Notes under the pieces: generated by a model
Database searches by the model: none
Told to the model about the DNA's origin: nothing
Seen by the model: only the letters and a program-made list of their open reading frames with translations
From: Octopus sinensis
Lineage: Eukaryota
Length of the DNA stretch: 64,000 nucleotides
NCBI RefSeq assembly: GCF_006345805.1
Contig: NC_043000.1
Coordinates: 121,582,001-121,646,000 of the forward strand
Direction: 5' to 3'
Made by a program: the position numbers and the translations under genes
Part shown: positions 39,021-52,664 of the stretch, in pieces
Layout: each line of letters opens with the position of its first letter
Position numbering within the stretch: the first letter of the stretch is position 1

Positions 39021-39790
39021 TTTTTTTTTACTATCCACAAGGGGATAAACATAGAGAGGACAAACAAGGTCAGATAAAGGGATTAAGTCGATTTTATAGA
39101 CCCCAGTGCGTAACTGGTACTTTATTTGTCGACCCCGAAAGGATGAAAGGCAAAGTCGACCTCGGCGGAATTTGAACTCAGAACGTAACGGCAGATGAAA
39201 TACCTATTTCTTTATTACCCACAGGGGGCTAAACACAGAAGGGACAAACAAGGACAGACAAACGGATTAAGTCGATTATATAGACCCCAGCGCGTAACTG
39301 GTACTTTATTTGTCGACCCCGAAAGGATGAAAGGCAAAGTCGACCTCGGCGGAATTTGAACTCAGAACGTAACGGCAGATGAAATACCTATTTCTTTATT
39401 ACCCACAGGGGGCTAAACACAGAAGGGACAAACAAGGACAGACAAACGGATTAAGTCGATTATATAGACCCCAGTGCGTAAGTGGTACTTTATTTGTCGA
39501 CCCCGAAAGGATGAAAGGCAAAGTCGACCTCGGCGGAATTTGAACTCAGAACATAACGGCAGACGAAATACCTATTTCTTTATTACCCACAAGGGGCTAA
39601 ACACAGAGAGGACAAACAAGGATTAAGTCAATCATATAGACCCAGTGCGTAACTGGTACTCATTTAATCGACCCCGAAAGGATGAAAAGCAAAGACGACC
39701 TCGGCGGAATTTGAACTGAGAACGTAGCTGCAGAAGAAATACCGCTAGACATTACGCCCGGCGTGCTAACGTTTCTGCCAGCTCGCCGCC
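39021..39790 (-). mobile_element. SINE tetramer: one 47-bp head plus four units (184, 184, 184, 171 bp)
   Basis: Units at 39021-39204, 39205-39388, 39389-39572, 39573-39743; head at 39744-39790. 40-bp direct repeat at 38979-39018 and 39795-39834. Confidence 0.92.
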
Positions 39791-40368
39791 CTACTCATGA
39801 ATTTATACCTACAACCAGTAGGTGTATTTATATAAAGTCATATGCATATCACAAGTAAAACTCAACAAAGAGAAAATAAGATATAGGAAAAATATAATTC
39901 CACTAGTCAATATATATAATGAGGAACAGAAGAAAGGATACATGTATAATAAGAGAATAATTCAACAGTTAATATCGTTTTATGTCTCCAGAAGCAGCAT
40001 AAATCATATGTCTGGTTTATGTATTTGTAATTATTACTTTACACGGCAGACAATACAGACATAGTTTTTGCAGATTTGTAGAATATGATGGCGACCCATT
40101 AATTTATCAACACGGAGGTCAAGTGTCAGCCACTACGAAATCCAGCGGTCTCACTCCCACACGCATATAGACGCCTAGATATGCAATGATGCGGGAGACA
40201 AAGATGAAATAATTAATGTGCTAAATAGCACACTTCACTAAGCAATGCGAGGAAGAAATTTGTTATAGGATATCCTATGCCACCCACTTGAATTATAATT
40301 CCCCAGTTGCTACATTTATAATGCATAAAAATAACAAGGATGTATATATATAATATATATATATATAT

Positions 40369-40400
<32 letters not shown>

Positions 40401-40679
40401 GTGTGTGTGTGTGTGGTGTGTGTGTGTGTGTGTGTTTGTGACTTGTGTGCCCCACCCACGTCATATTTTCAACATCCTTCTCTTCTTCTATCTCTCTCTC
40501 CGACAAAGGTAGCCATGCGCCTAATTCTGTCCTTCTATTCGTGCTCTAACTTCACGTCTGGCACAAAACCAAATTTCTCAATGCGATTTATCCAGGTTCT
40601 TGTCTTATTTGGGGAGCTAACTGCTAAAGTTATTTGGGGAGCTAACTGCTGCTACAAAGATTTAGAAGCATCCAGTGTT

Positions 40680-40800
40680 TTCCGTTAGGAAGGGTATTCA
40701 GGCGTACAAACCTTACCAGTGCAGTTAGAGATGCTTTCCGGATACTTCTCACTTTCCAAATCCTGTGCAACCCGTGCCAGCATTGAAAACGGGCGTAAAT
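40680..40800 (+). mobile_element. RTE-like retroposon tail fragment
   Basis: CGTTAGGAAGGGTATTCAGGC..CAACCCGTGCCAGCATTGAAAACGGGCGTAAA, homologous to 1945-2070. Confidence 0.5.
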
Positions 40801-40902
40801 TTTAATATGTCTAACTATCTATCCATCTATAGTGGTTAAGAGCGTGGGCTATTAACCCCAAGATTCCGAGTTCGAAATAAGGAAACATATGTTGTATGTA
40901 TG

Positions 40903-40957
<55 letters not shown>

Positions 40958-41907
40958 CATACATATATGTTATCTCTCTCAGGTATCTCGTGGTTAATGT
41001 CCCCCTCCTTTTACGGGGCCCTCACCACCAACTTTCTATAAGCACTGGTTGCTATTGATTAAACAGAGGGTATCGTTACGATTATCTCCTAGTATCTCTT
41101 AGTAGACTAATAACAGCATTTTAAACAATTGTGGCAAATGGTAATCATGGTTGTGTTTTAGTGTATATAATTTGGAGGTATAGAGTTTGGTAGAAAGAAT
41201 GTGTGTTGTATAGCATCACCTTGATTCCATATTTGATATTGCATTAGTTGGATATTGTCTTTCTTACCACAACGACATAAAAAATAAGGTACGTAATTGC
41301 GAAAAACCTCTAGAAAACACTCCATTGTAACAACAGAAATAGAGACATCTGTAAAGGAAGCAAAATACTACAATAGAAATGTACACTCCAAACGTTGCCA
41401 GGAAAAGCAATCAAAAATACACACAAAGTAAAATCTCACAAGAAGCGAAAGTGAAAGTAAAACGATTAAACGCGTGGAAAATAGAAAATGTGAATAAAAA
41501 AAGACAATTCATATGAGATGTAGATGATAACATTTTTACATTCTTTAAAAAAGATATCATCGAGTTCAGAAAAATTTTCATACGCCATTTTCCCCAAAAC
41601 ACATAAGCGGTAGCAGAAATATAAGATGCTCCACCTTATGTAAGCATTTGTGCATATACTGCAAGAGAAGAAATAGAAAGTATAGAAAGATAAGGGATGA
41701 GAATGAAAATAAAATATGCAATGCTTCTGGTATACAAGCCGTCAGTTTTCAGATGTCCAGCAATAAGAAGAATTCAGAGTTAAAACGTCATATGAAATAT
41801 TAAATTTTGGTTAGGCAATAGAGCAGACACCGAAAAACTGGAGGTGTGTTACTAAAATCAGAATGCAGAAAATGTGAGTGCCAAGGATTCCTATAACTAT
41901 ATATATA

Positions 41908-42619
41908 TTTTTTGCGCCCTTTCCAAGCCTAGCCAGTGTCATGGGCCCGGTTTCCCGGTTTCTATGGAGTATGCCCCCCCACCCATGTGGACGGGACGCT
42001 AGTCCATCGCAGCGTTACTCAAGAAACAGGAAGAAAGAGTGAGAGAACGTTGGGGCGAAAGAGAACAACAGGGGTCGCCACCACCGAACTGCCGGAGCCT
42101 CGTGGTGCTATAGGTGTTTTCACTCAATAAGCACACACAAAGACCGGTCTGGGAATCGAAACCGCGATCCTCCGACCACGAGTCCGCTGCCCTAACCACT
42201 AGGCCATTGCGCCTCCATCTTCGCCCTTTTAAAGCCTAGCCAGGCTCATGGGCCCGGTTTTCAGGTTTCAAAGGCGTATGTGTTCCCCAGGTAAACGGGA
42301 CGCCAGTCCATCGCAGCGTTACTCATTTTTGCCAGGTGAGTGGACTGGAGCAACATGAAAGTAAGTGTTTTTATCAAGAACACAACGTTCGCCCGGTCCA
42401 GGAATCGAAACCACATTCTTGCGATCATGATGCTGACACCCTAACCACTAAGCCACACGCCTCTACACCAGTTTCCTTATTACACACCCCCTGCCGGAGC
42501 CTCATGGAACTTTAGGTGTTTCCGCTTAATAAACACACACAACACCCGGTCTGGGAATCGAAACCGCGATCCTCCGACTACGTGTCCGCTGCCCTAACCA
42601 CTAGGCCATTGCGTCTCTA
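41908..42619 (-). mobile_element. Three head-to-tail tRNA-derived SINEs (V-domain-like tail)
   Basis: Segments 41908-42217, 42218-42465 and 42491-42619. A-box TGGCCTAGTGG, B-box GGTTTCGATTCCC, GAGTAACGCTGCGATGGACT(A/G)GCGTCCCG domain. Confidence 0.85.
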
Positions 42620-42653
42620 CCTATAACTATATAACCATTTTGTCCGAGTCAGA

Positions 42654-42850
42654 CGCCATGATAGATCTTTAGGCCACTACACACATTTTTTTTTCTCTCA
42701 TTGTTTTTTTTGTGTCTCTTTCTGTAGAAGAGCGTAGGCTCGAAAAGTAAAATACTTTTTCTATTCCTTTGCATTATACTAATACATCTGTTTGTTTTGT
42801 ACACCACCTGTCTTCGTCTTTTGTTTTTTTTTTCGTAAAATTTCCCTATA
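42654..42850 (+). mobile_element. Family P hammerhead-variant element, copy 2
   Basis: Motif at 42718-42753: CUUU CUGUAGA A GAGC GUAG GCUC GAAAA GUA AAAU. Confidence 0.78.
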
Positions 42851-43604
42851 ACTATATAGTCTTTCTTTTATTTCGACAACACTATGAAAGACTTTACTAG
42901 AATCTTCCCTGACAAATAACAGAAGAATCTACGATTCTGCATTCTCTCTATGCTTTATATTTTCAATAATCTCTTTGTTTTAACGATATATATATATATA
43001 TATATATACGTACATACAGGAGCTACAACTGGAACGTTTTAATTTTTATGGACCTCAGTGCAGAATTCTGTGCACGATAAATATATTTTTCTTAAAACTG
43101 ACAACGTTTTAATCTTATTATTACTAGATATGTGCAAACATATTTATATGCGCATACATACATATGTATGTGTGTGCTTGTATATGTGTGTATATGAGTA
43201 TGTATGTTTGTGCATTATATACATACTCGCATGTATACAGATAAAAGTGTTATAAATTGTATCTGTTCATATTTATTCTTCCTATACTGTTATTAGCATT
43301 CGCAATTATACATGTGCATATTCTTGTACAAGTTTGCTACCTTACGAGTGTGTATATGTAGGCGTATATATTCGTGTGTGCGCATGTGATTTTGTTGATG
43401 TTCTGTGTGTTACATCTTACTCGAGATAGAGATATCAGTAATATCACCACTTCAAAGGAAGAAATAAAAAGAGTTCCAGAGATTGAATGAAAGCGAAAAA
43501 TCTGAAATGATTAATGGTAAGAGAGATGGGCAGAGGCTCCATTTTGAATGACGTTTGATCAGCTAACATTTCATGTCTCATTTTGTTTTATTTCTTCTAG
43601 CTCG

Positions 43605-44240
<636 letters not shown>

Positions 44241-44674
44241 CACAAACACACTTCTGTTTCCACAGCACTCGGTTTTGCGCGTGGTTCCACATTAGCACGC
44301 TTTTCGCTGAATTTATTCTTATCTTCTTTTTCCATTTTCCATTTTACGAATTGCAGAATTACTACTTCGACATTTCAGTTTCAGCTTTACACTTTCCTTT
44401 AATTTTAGTTTGGTTACATTTTTTTCTATAATAACACTACACTGATTTGGATTCGATCTCACTGCGTGTCACCCTGGCCAAAATGACTTCTACTATAGTT
44501 CCGGGTCGTACTTTTGTCTGCCACCCATCACTCTCAGGCAATCACACTCGTTTTATTTTCGTTGCAGTAACGTAGTGGTTTGGCAAAACGATTCGGCTGA
44601 ACTCTTCAAGGCGGTACATCATCTTAACCACAGTCAACTAGACAGAAACAAATAACACATGATGTGTATATATG

Positions 44675-44713
<39 letters not shown>

Positions 44714-44729
44714 CCACACATATATATTA

Positions 44730-44733
44730 TGAA

Positions 44734-44767
<34 letters not shown>

Positions 44768-44888
44768 GAGTGAGATAGCAGTGCATGCCATCAAAGTGAC
44801 ACTGGGGTAAGATATACGAAGCCCAGTATACCCATCATGACTCCCCGCCTGATAAGGGTATACCAGGCACATGCATCACAACCATATG
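44730..44888 (-). mobile_element. 5'-truncated (TAA)n-tailed retroposon end
   Basis: GAGTGAGATAGCAGTGCATGCCATCAAAGTGACACTGGGG.. follows (TTA)n; homologous to 17215-17340. Confidence 0.6.
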
Positions 44889-46212
44889 AAAATGCGATGC
44901 AAATAATACGGAGCAAACAATTCAGGAGAAAATATTTGCCAAGATACCATTAACTCTAGGATCAAATAACTAAATTGATAAAACAGAATTAATAATATAG
45001 GTGATTGCAGGCCTCACCAAAAATAGCACTAAATAGCTGAAGGATTAAAATTTATATTAATGAAAGTACATACTAAGTATGTCTACCTGTTGAAAATTAC
45101 AGTCAGAACTCTTATTTAAACCGCTGTAAAAAAAGCAAAACTGACACTAACTACAGAAATCAACTGTCTGTGAGCATATGGATTTAGTAAATCCTTAAAC
45201 ATACCAATATAGCATCCTGCTATATATTTTTTAGTATTTCTACTGGCGGGAACCGGTTTCTAGACTGGCATTATTACCTCGCTAGTGTTACCACGGTGAG
45301 AATAGAAATAATATAAATTTTAACCATTCAGTTATTTAAACTTTCTCCTCAAATTCTACCAAGTCATATTTTGCTTAAATAACATGAGCTACGACAAAAC
45401 TCCTAGAAGCAGTTTCTGAATTATAAGTCCGTGTACCTATTCATTAAGGCCTTGCTGTTCGATACCAAACGGATTAGGAGGTGAGTGGGGGGCATAAGAA
45501 TTAAGTGGAAGTGCTGAAACCTTTTTAGGACCCGTGAAAATCTCATAAGAGATTACGGAACGAGAGCTCTAAGCAGTAATAAGTATAAATGCTATGTTCG
45601 TCTTGTTTCAAATAAGAGAGGCTGTCGTTGATGGATTTGGTGTGTGTTCTGCGCTTGTGTGTGATGTTATACAAACTCTTCTCTGAATGCCGTCAAAAAG
45701 GTTTCTTTGGGCAGCAGCAAAAAAATGTGAGAAGTGGAAAAATTACTCTGTTGCAAGTTTCACAGGTGTCTTGTAGATGATCAATATCTACTTACGAAAG
45801 ACACATTTTCTGACTGTGATGAAAATCGCCATTCCTTAAGATTTGTTCGATAGATATGTTAATAATGTGGGAATAGTCACTGACATTTGAATATTTGAAT
45901 ACCTTACCATTTCTATTCAAAAAGAAAAATACTCAGATTGTTTATTCAACAAGGAACAGAGACTACAGTTTTTTTTATTTCGTGCATATCATTTTACTTT
46001 TCCAAGATTTATCTCCTTAGCTGGAAGGATACAGTGTTTTCTTTGCAAGATGTACATATATAGTAATATTTAGTAAGGCATTTTTAAGATTCTAAATGTA
46101 TGGGCAGGAATGATTTCTTTTTTTATTATTTCTTTTAATTTTGTTTGAAAGAACTAACACCTATAAAAAATATAAGCTTTCGAGTGCTTGACTGTATACA
46201 TAGCGATTTGAA

Positions 46213-46443
46213 GGCGGCGAGCTGGCAGAAACGTTAGCACGCCGGGCGAAATGCTTAGCCGTATTTCGTCTGCCGTTACGTTCTGAGTTCAAATTCCACC
46301 GTGGTTGACTTTGCCTTTCATTCTTTTGGGGTCGGTAAATTAAGTACCAATTACGCACTGGGGTCGATATAATCGACTTAATCCCTTTGTCTGCCCCTGT
46401 TTGCCCCCTTTGTGTTTAGCCCCTTGTGTGTAGTAAAGAAATA
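46213..46443 (+). mobile_element. tRNA-derived SINE monomer with TSD
   Basis: Head plus one unit. ATAGCGATTTGA at 46200-46211 and 46453-46464. Confidence 0.9.
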
Positions 46444-47111
46444 TGTATATATATAGCGATTTGATAAATAAGATCCTATGGCTTTTCTTTCTTTTATTTC
46501 AATTTAAACTATATATGTGGACGTTGCGGCCTTAAACACGCCTCTTCGCGATTCTGTTCTCTAATATTCTAATTATCTCCCACTAACTCACTTTGCCTAC
46601 GACATTTCCTGCGTATTTCGCCTTGCATTTATCAACGTTTCTCCTCTCTACCTGCCATACATCCATTATTAGTTCATATTAATGAATACCCAAATTAACT
46701 TTTATCGTTCCATTATTTCTCGTGTTTCTCAACCTCCTAACATTTTACTTTAGTCGACTTTACTCCTATTGTTAGAGTTAATATTGTTGCTGGTACTACC
46801 ACTAACATCTCGCACACAATAGTTTTGTTTTTTGTTATGAGTAATGCTAGGAAACCTAACTGAAAAACTAAAAACCTCAAAGGCGGATTATGTGCCGTTC
46901 TGTTTACGTTATTCAGATTAAATAATTAAATAATTTGATGAATCAAATGTTTGTAATACTGTTATTGTTTTCATATAATTGCTATTATATCGCCGTCTTC
47001 GTTCTCATTTATTAAAAATTCTTATACTATGGCATCAACACAAATGACAAGAAGAGTATGATTTTAGCAAATTTTAATTAAAAGCTTTTGAATTTAAATC
47101 CAAATACTAGT

Positions 47112-47388
47112 CTTCTTCTTCTTCTTCTTCTTCTTCTTCTTCTTCTTCTTCTTCTTCTTCTTCTTCTTCTTCTTCTTCTTCTTCTCTTCTTCTTATTCTT
47201 CTTCTTCTTCTTCTTCTTCTTCTTCTCTCTCTTCTTCTTCTTCTTCTTCTTCTTCTTCTCTTCTTCTTCTTCTCTTCTTCTTCTTCTTCTTTCTCCTCTA
47301 ATTATTATTAACATTGATATTATTATTATTGTTGCTATTGTCGTTACCGTTGTCGTTGTTGTTGCTGCATTTCTTATTTTGCTTATCA

Positions 47389-47479
<91 letters not shown>

Positions 47480-47544
47480 CATTATTATTATTATTATTAT
47501 TATTATTGTTGTTGTTGTCGTCGTCGTCGTCATTATTATTATCA

Positions 47545-47578
<34 letters not shown>

Positions 47579-47582
47579 CATT
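47112..47582. repeat. (TTC)n then (TTA)n/(TTG)n/(TCG)n trinucleotide block
   Basis: Directly visible; source of the poly-L/I/N/K ORFs. Confidence 0.97.
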
Positions 47583-47584
47583 GT

Positions 47585-47812
47585 CAAGGCAGGGAGCTTG
47601 CAGAGTCTTTAACACGCTGGACAAAATTGTTAATGGTATTTCGGTCGTCGCTACGTTCTGAGTTCAAATTCCATGCCGTTCGACTTTGCCTTTCACCCTT
47701 TCGAGATTGTTAAATTAAGTACCAGTGAAACACTGAAGTTCATGTAATCGGCTATTACCTCAACCAAAATTTCAGGCCTTGTATCCCTAGTAGAAGGGAT
47801 TATTATTATTAT
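47585..47812 (+). mobile_element. tRNA-derived SINE with (TTA)n tail
   Basis: GGTATTTCG..CTGAGTTCAAATTCC..AATTTCAGGCCTTG..GGGATTATTATT. Confidence 0.75.
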
Positions 47813-47819
47813 TAAGGTG

Positions 47820-48045
47820 AAGGCGGTGAGCTAGCAGAGCCGTCAGCACGATACAGAAAATGCTTAGCGGTATTTCGCTGGTCGCTACCATCTGAATTCA
47901 AATCCAGCCGAGATCGACTTTGACTTTCATTCTTTTAAGGTCGATAAATTAAGTACCAGTAAAACACTGGGGTCGATGCAATCGCCTAGTCTCCTCACCC
48001 GAAAGTTATGACTGTGTGCCTTTAGTAAAAAGGATTATTATTATC
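47820..48045 (+). mobile_element. tRNA-derived SINE with (TTA)n tail, directly after the previous one
   Basis: AAGGCGGTGAGCTAGCAG head..GGTCGATAAATTAAGTACCAG..AAAAGGATTATTATT. Confidence 0.75.
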
Positions 48046-48049
48046 ATTA

Positions 48050-48690
48050 CTTTATTTCACAAAGCGCTCCGTTGTGTTTGCTCTGGTTGATTCTGTGAGA
48101 GTCTGTTGTCAGAGGTCTCACAGAGTCACTTTCCGCGCATTATAAGTGTTGATACTTGGTTGTTAATTATTCTGGAAGACATTCAACATTCAATTCCCAA
48201 TCTCAAAATCCTAGCTGTCCTCAGCAGAGCAGTTTTTGGGCTTGCTCTGCTCTCAATGTCAATTTTCTGGCATATTTCTCGAATTTGGTTGTTAGTGCTC
48301 CGAGTGCTCCTACAACTACTGGCATGACAGACACTCTCATAGTCCTCATTCTTTTAGTATTTTGTACTTTGCAACATTTTCTAGTTCTTTGTCACTTACG
48401 CGTGCATTCCCAGCTATTCCAATATCTATAATCTTGTTTTTCTTTTTTTTTGCGCTCTCTAACTCAATAATATATGGTCTCCGAGAATCAATTATGGAGT
48501 CACATTGGATTATAAAATCCCACATTAACTTATGTTCCTTGTTCTTGGTAACTCCTTGATGTTAAAGTCATTTCCATGCTCTCTTTAGGCCTTACTTTTC
48601 ATAGTCTCCAGTGGAAGAACTTAGCCATTGGGTCACCTTCATGCACTCACAATACGTGAGAGTGCTTCGTTTCTGCGGTTACAAAGGGAC
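48050..48690 (-). mobile_element. R4/Dong-like LINE 3' fragment C (REL endonuclease plus 3'UTR)
   Basis: GVTKNKEHKLMWDFIIQCDSIIDSRRP..IIDIGIAGNARVSDKELE..VVVGALGAL..LLRTARILRL across frameshifts. The 3'UTR ends in (TAA)n. Confidence 0.82.
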
Positions 48691-48752
48691 GAGTCGCTTC
48701 TTCTTCTTCTTCTTCTTCTTCTCTTCTTCTTCTTCTTCTTCTTCTTCTTCTT
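48690..48752. repeat. (TTC)n
   Basis: Directly visible. Confidence 0.95.
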
Positions 48753-48871
48753 TTAGGTCCCGGTAACCGGTAACCGAGCGGTTTGGCAAAACAGACCGAT
48801 GGAGTAAATACTAGTCTTTAAAAAATAAGTAGTGGAATTGATAAATTGGACATATATATACATATATACAA

Positions 48872-48908
<37 letters not shown>

Positions 48909-48914
48909 ATATAT

Positions 48915-49075
48915 AGGATAATCACAGAAAGAACGAAGACGAAGTCAGTTCGTGTAGACAAAAAACATATGTATTAGCATAACGCTAGGGAAGTGAAAAC
49001 GTCTTTAACGTTTGGAGCCTACGCTCTTCCACATAAAGGAACACAGAAAGAAACAAGGAGAGAAAATAAAGAATG
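48915..49075 (-). mobile_element. Family P element, copy 3 (more diverged)
   Basis: Motif at 49003-49038: CUUU AUGUGGA A GAGC GUAG GCUC CAAAC GUU AAAG. Confidence 0.68.
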
Positions 49076-50679
49076 ATATTTATATATATACACACACATA
49101 TTCATATAGACATACAATCTCTTCGCAATTTTGTGTTAACTAATTCAATCAGTTATTTAGCTCCACAATATACAGTGTATGTATTTTATTGTAACTTCTG
49201 ATGAAGCCATAATTTGTAAGAAATTGCACAGATGGAAACTGTATGGAAGTCTGTTAGTCGGTTGGTACTTGCATTCAAAGGGTAAAACCTTGTCATACAC
49301 CGGGGCAACTGGAATCACCATAATAAACTGTTATGGTTACACTTTTCAGTAGCATGCTTAAAAATTTACACATAACTTCAGGAGCAGGTAATTCATTTGC
49401 TAAACCGCCTGTTTAGTATAATGATTTTATGAATAAAGCGTGTCGCAAAATGAAGATATACATATTGCTTCAAATAGGTAGCTAAAAGAGCAACTGAGAT
49501 CAAAATTAATTCATGTAAGGATTTTTACCCGACGTGATAAAATGAGGACACACCTACCTATATTCATAAGGTTGCAAACACTTTCACCTATCACTTGTAA
49601 AATAGTAGACCCAGCGGGAGGGAATGATGGAGATACATTTGTTCGGTATAATGACCTTATATTTTCATGGATGGTACAGCATTCGAAATGCTTTTACACT
49701 GCTAGGTCAATTTTTGGGGTTTTTTTTTTGTTTTTACTTCAACAAATAAAAATACTTAAAAATTCCTTTTTACTTATCTGATACTGCAATATTTTCTATT
49801 AAATGAATGCTATCAAGAAGCCCGTAAGTAATATTGGAGATTGTATTTGAGATAAGAATACATTTTTGTTACAGTTAATAGAAAATGTTAAAAAAACCCC
49901 CAAAAATAACAACATATGTGAGGAAACATCAGAAGAAACAGCAATACGAAATAAGATTCTTGATAAAGATATCAAAATGAGATAGAAAAAGAGAAAAGCA
50001 CATTGAGGAAAAAGTCACTAGATATAAACTTTTCTTTAGAAATAATAATTCATCTTAAACACACATACACACACATATATATATATACATTTGTACTGGC
50101 CTTATCTAAATTCTAAGTTAAATTCAATGTGATTTTATTAAGAAATTATCCAATATTACAATCCCGAAATTTAATAGGAATCAATAACAAATAGTTTACG
50201 AAACAATATGAATTGTATGTTACTATAAAGATGATAATTCCAACTTATTTCAAAAAGAACAATTCTAAAGAAAGGAAAAAAAATATATTAGAAATATGCA
50301 TTTATTATTTTTTTTTTATTCAGTAGATTCATAGTTATATTTTAGTAATAAATATAACAATTGTTTCATATATCACAAAGAGAAAAGAATCAATTTCTTT
50401 ATACAGACGAAAATTATGAATACTTAATTGCCTTATAAATTCGATATACATGGTATTAAATTAAAAAAAAAAAGATAACAGCACATCGCCGAAATCACGC
50501 GCAACAAGAAACAGAGAGTCCACACAACACAAGTATAGCCATCTTTGCAAGCAAGCAGCATATGCACAAAGACAGACACAGATATAGAAACATTCGCAGA
50601 GAAATAGATGAGAACAAGCTCAAACACCACACGCAAGAATAAAGTTAAAAGGTTATGTATATGAAGATGTAGGTAAGTG

Positions 50680-50721
50680 AATGTGTGTGTGTGTATATGT
50701 ATATAGGAATACCTATACATG

Positions 50722-50764
<43 letters not shown>

Positions 50765-50941
50765 CTATATACGTACTATTTCTATCTCTCTCTTCATATA
50801 TATATATACACACACACACATATATATATATATCAAGAAAGAAATATGCATACATGTACGTATATAGACACATGCATATATATGTGTATATATACATAAA
50901 TATATAAATATATAGACACACACACACATATATATATATAC

Positions 50942-50972
<31 letters not shown>

Positions 50973-51012
50973 CACTTACATATGTATATATATATACACA
51001 TACATACATATG

Positions 51013-51044
<32 letters not shown>

Positions 51045-51135
51045 TATATATACATACATACATATGTATATATATATACATATATATATATACAAACATA
51101 CACACACACCTATATATACATATATATATATATAA
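50680..51135. repeat. Degenerate (TA)/(CA)/(TG) microsatellite mosaic
   Basis: Directly visible. Confidence 0.93.
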
Positions 51136-51426
51136 CCATGCATATGTATTTGTTTTTGAGAGTGTGTGTGATTCAACGAATCTGTATTGAAATATCTGAA
51201 CATACACATTTATACATACATGGATATCTAAGCCGGGTGATGAGAATAATGTATATATTAAAGAATTATCGACATACGTAAGAATTGATCACAACGTACA
51301 TAACTAGACGCATCTCCTGTATATTCATGACAAATTAGTAGATAAATCGATACAAATTTGTCTCTTCTGAAAGCATATTTCTATATTTCTGGTACTCGTA
51401 CGTGCGAGTGTTTATGTATTTATAAC

Positions 51427-51477
<51 letters not shown>

Positions 51478-51984
51478 GCGCGTGTGTGTGTGTGTGTGTG
51501 TTTGTGTATGTGTGTGTGTGTATGTGTGTGTGTGTGTATGTGTGTGTGAGTGTGTGTATATATTGATTTTCTGAACTGCATTGAGGCAAGCTCTCAAAAC
51601 ATATTGCAACAAACTTACACACAAACATAAGTGCTCACTTGTCCCTTCTGTATTGAAAATCAAATAATCACCAACACCCACACAAACAAGAACACACATG
51701 CAAGTTTTCACGTACTCGCAGAGACACACATAGATGGACACATAATTGTATATATTTGCATACATGTAGTTGCGCATTAACCTCGTTCAACGTTACATTT
51801 TTATTGGTTGAGCCTTCTATCGGTCCATTTGAAATGTATGTCATGTTGTCTGAAAGCGTACATAATTGCATTGTTAAGCTTCAAAGTGGTTGTCATGTTA
51901 AAATATATTTCTTTCCACATCTATACATGAATATGTATGCATACGTGTAGGTACATAGGTAGACGGTACATAGTTAAGCATACA

Positions 51985-51986
51985 TA

Positions 51987-52044
<58 letters not shown>

Positions 52045-52165
52045 GCACACAGATATATATATATATATATTCACACACATGTATACAAATACATATCAAC
52101 ATATATGTGCATATATTCATATGTATTTATTTATTTGAGTATATATCAATATGCAACGATGTTTA

Positions 52166-52211
<46 letters not shown>

Positions 52212-52455
52212 TATATATATATATATGTATATATATATATGTATATATATATATCTATATCTATATATGTATATATGTGTATATATATATGTATATTTAT
52301 GTATATATATATTTATGTATATATACATATATATATATACATATATATATATACATACATATATACATATATATATATACATATATACATATATATATAT
52401 ATATACATATATATACATATATATATATATGTATATATATATATATTTATACATA
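51985..52455. repeat. Degenerate (TA)n-rich microsatellite
   Basis: Directly visible. Confidence 0.93.
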
Positions 52456-52633
52456 TAATTCAACTTTATATATCTATACATACACATATATTTATGAAAA
52501 TGTGTTTGTTTTTGAATACGTTTTTTGTGAAAAACATTTCATGGCGTACCAATAATTGACAGACGTTTACATATGCATCATTTATACAATGACAGCAATA
52601 TACATACCTCAACATCACATGCACACACACACA

Positions 52634-52664
<31 letters not shown>

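Noticed and set aside
39021-39790. Regular tandem repeats as a possible CRISPR array or satellite
   Set aside because: The units are 171-184-bp SINE bodies with no unique spacers, in a eukaryotic context.
41908-42619. tRNA-like A/B boxes as tRNA genes (also 40830-40880, 55231, 63856)
   Set aside because: No complete cloverleaf was found; they continue into SINE bodies.
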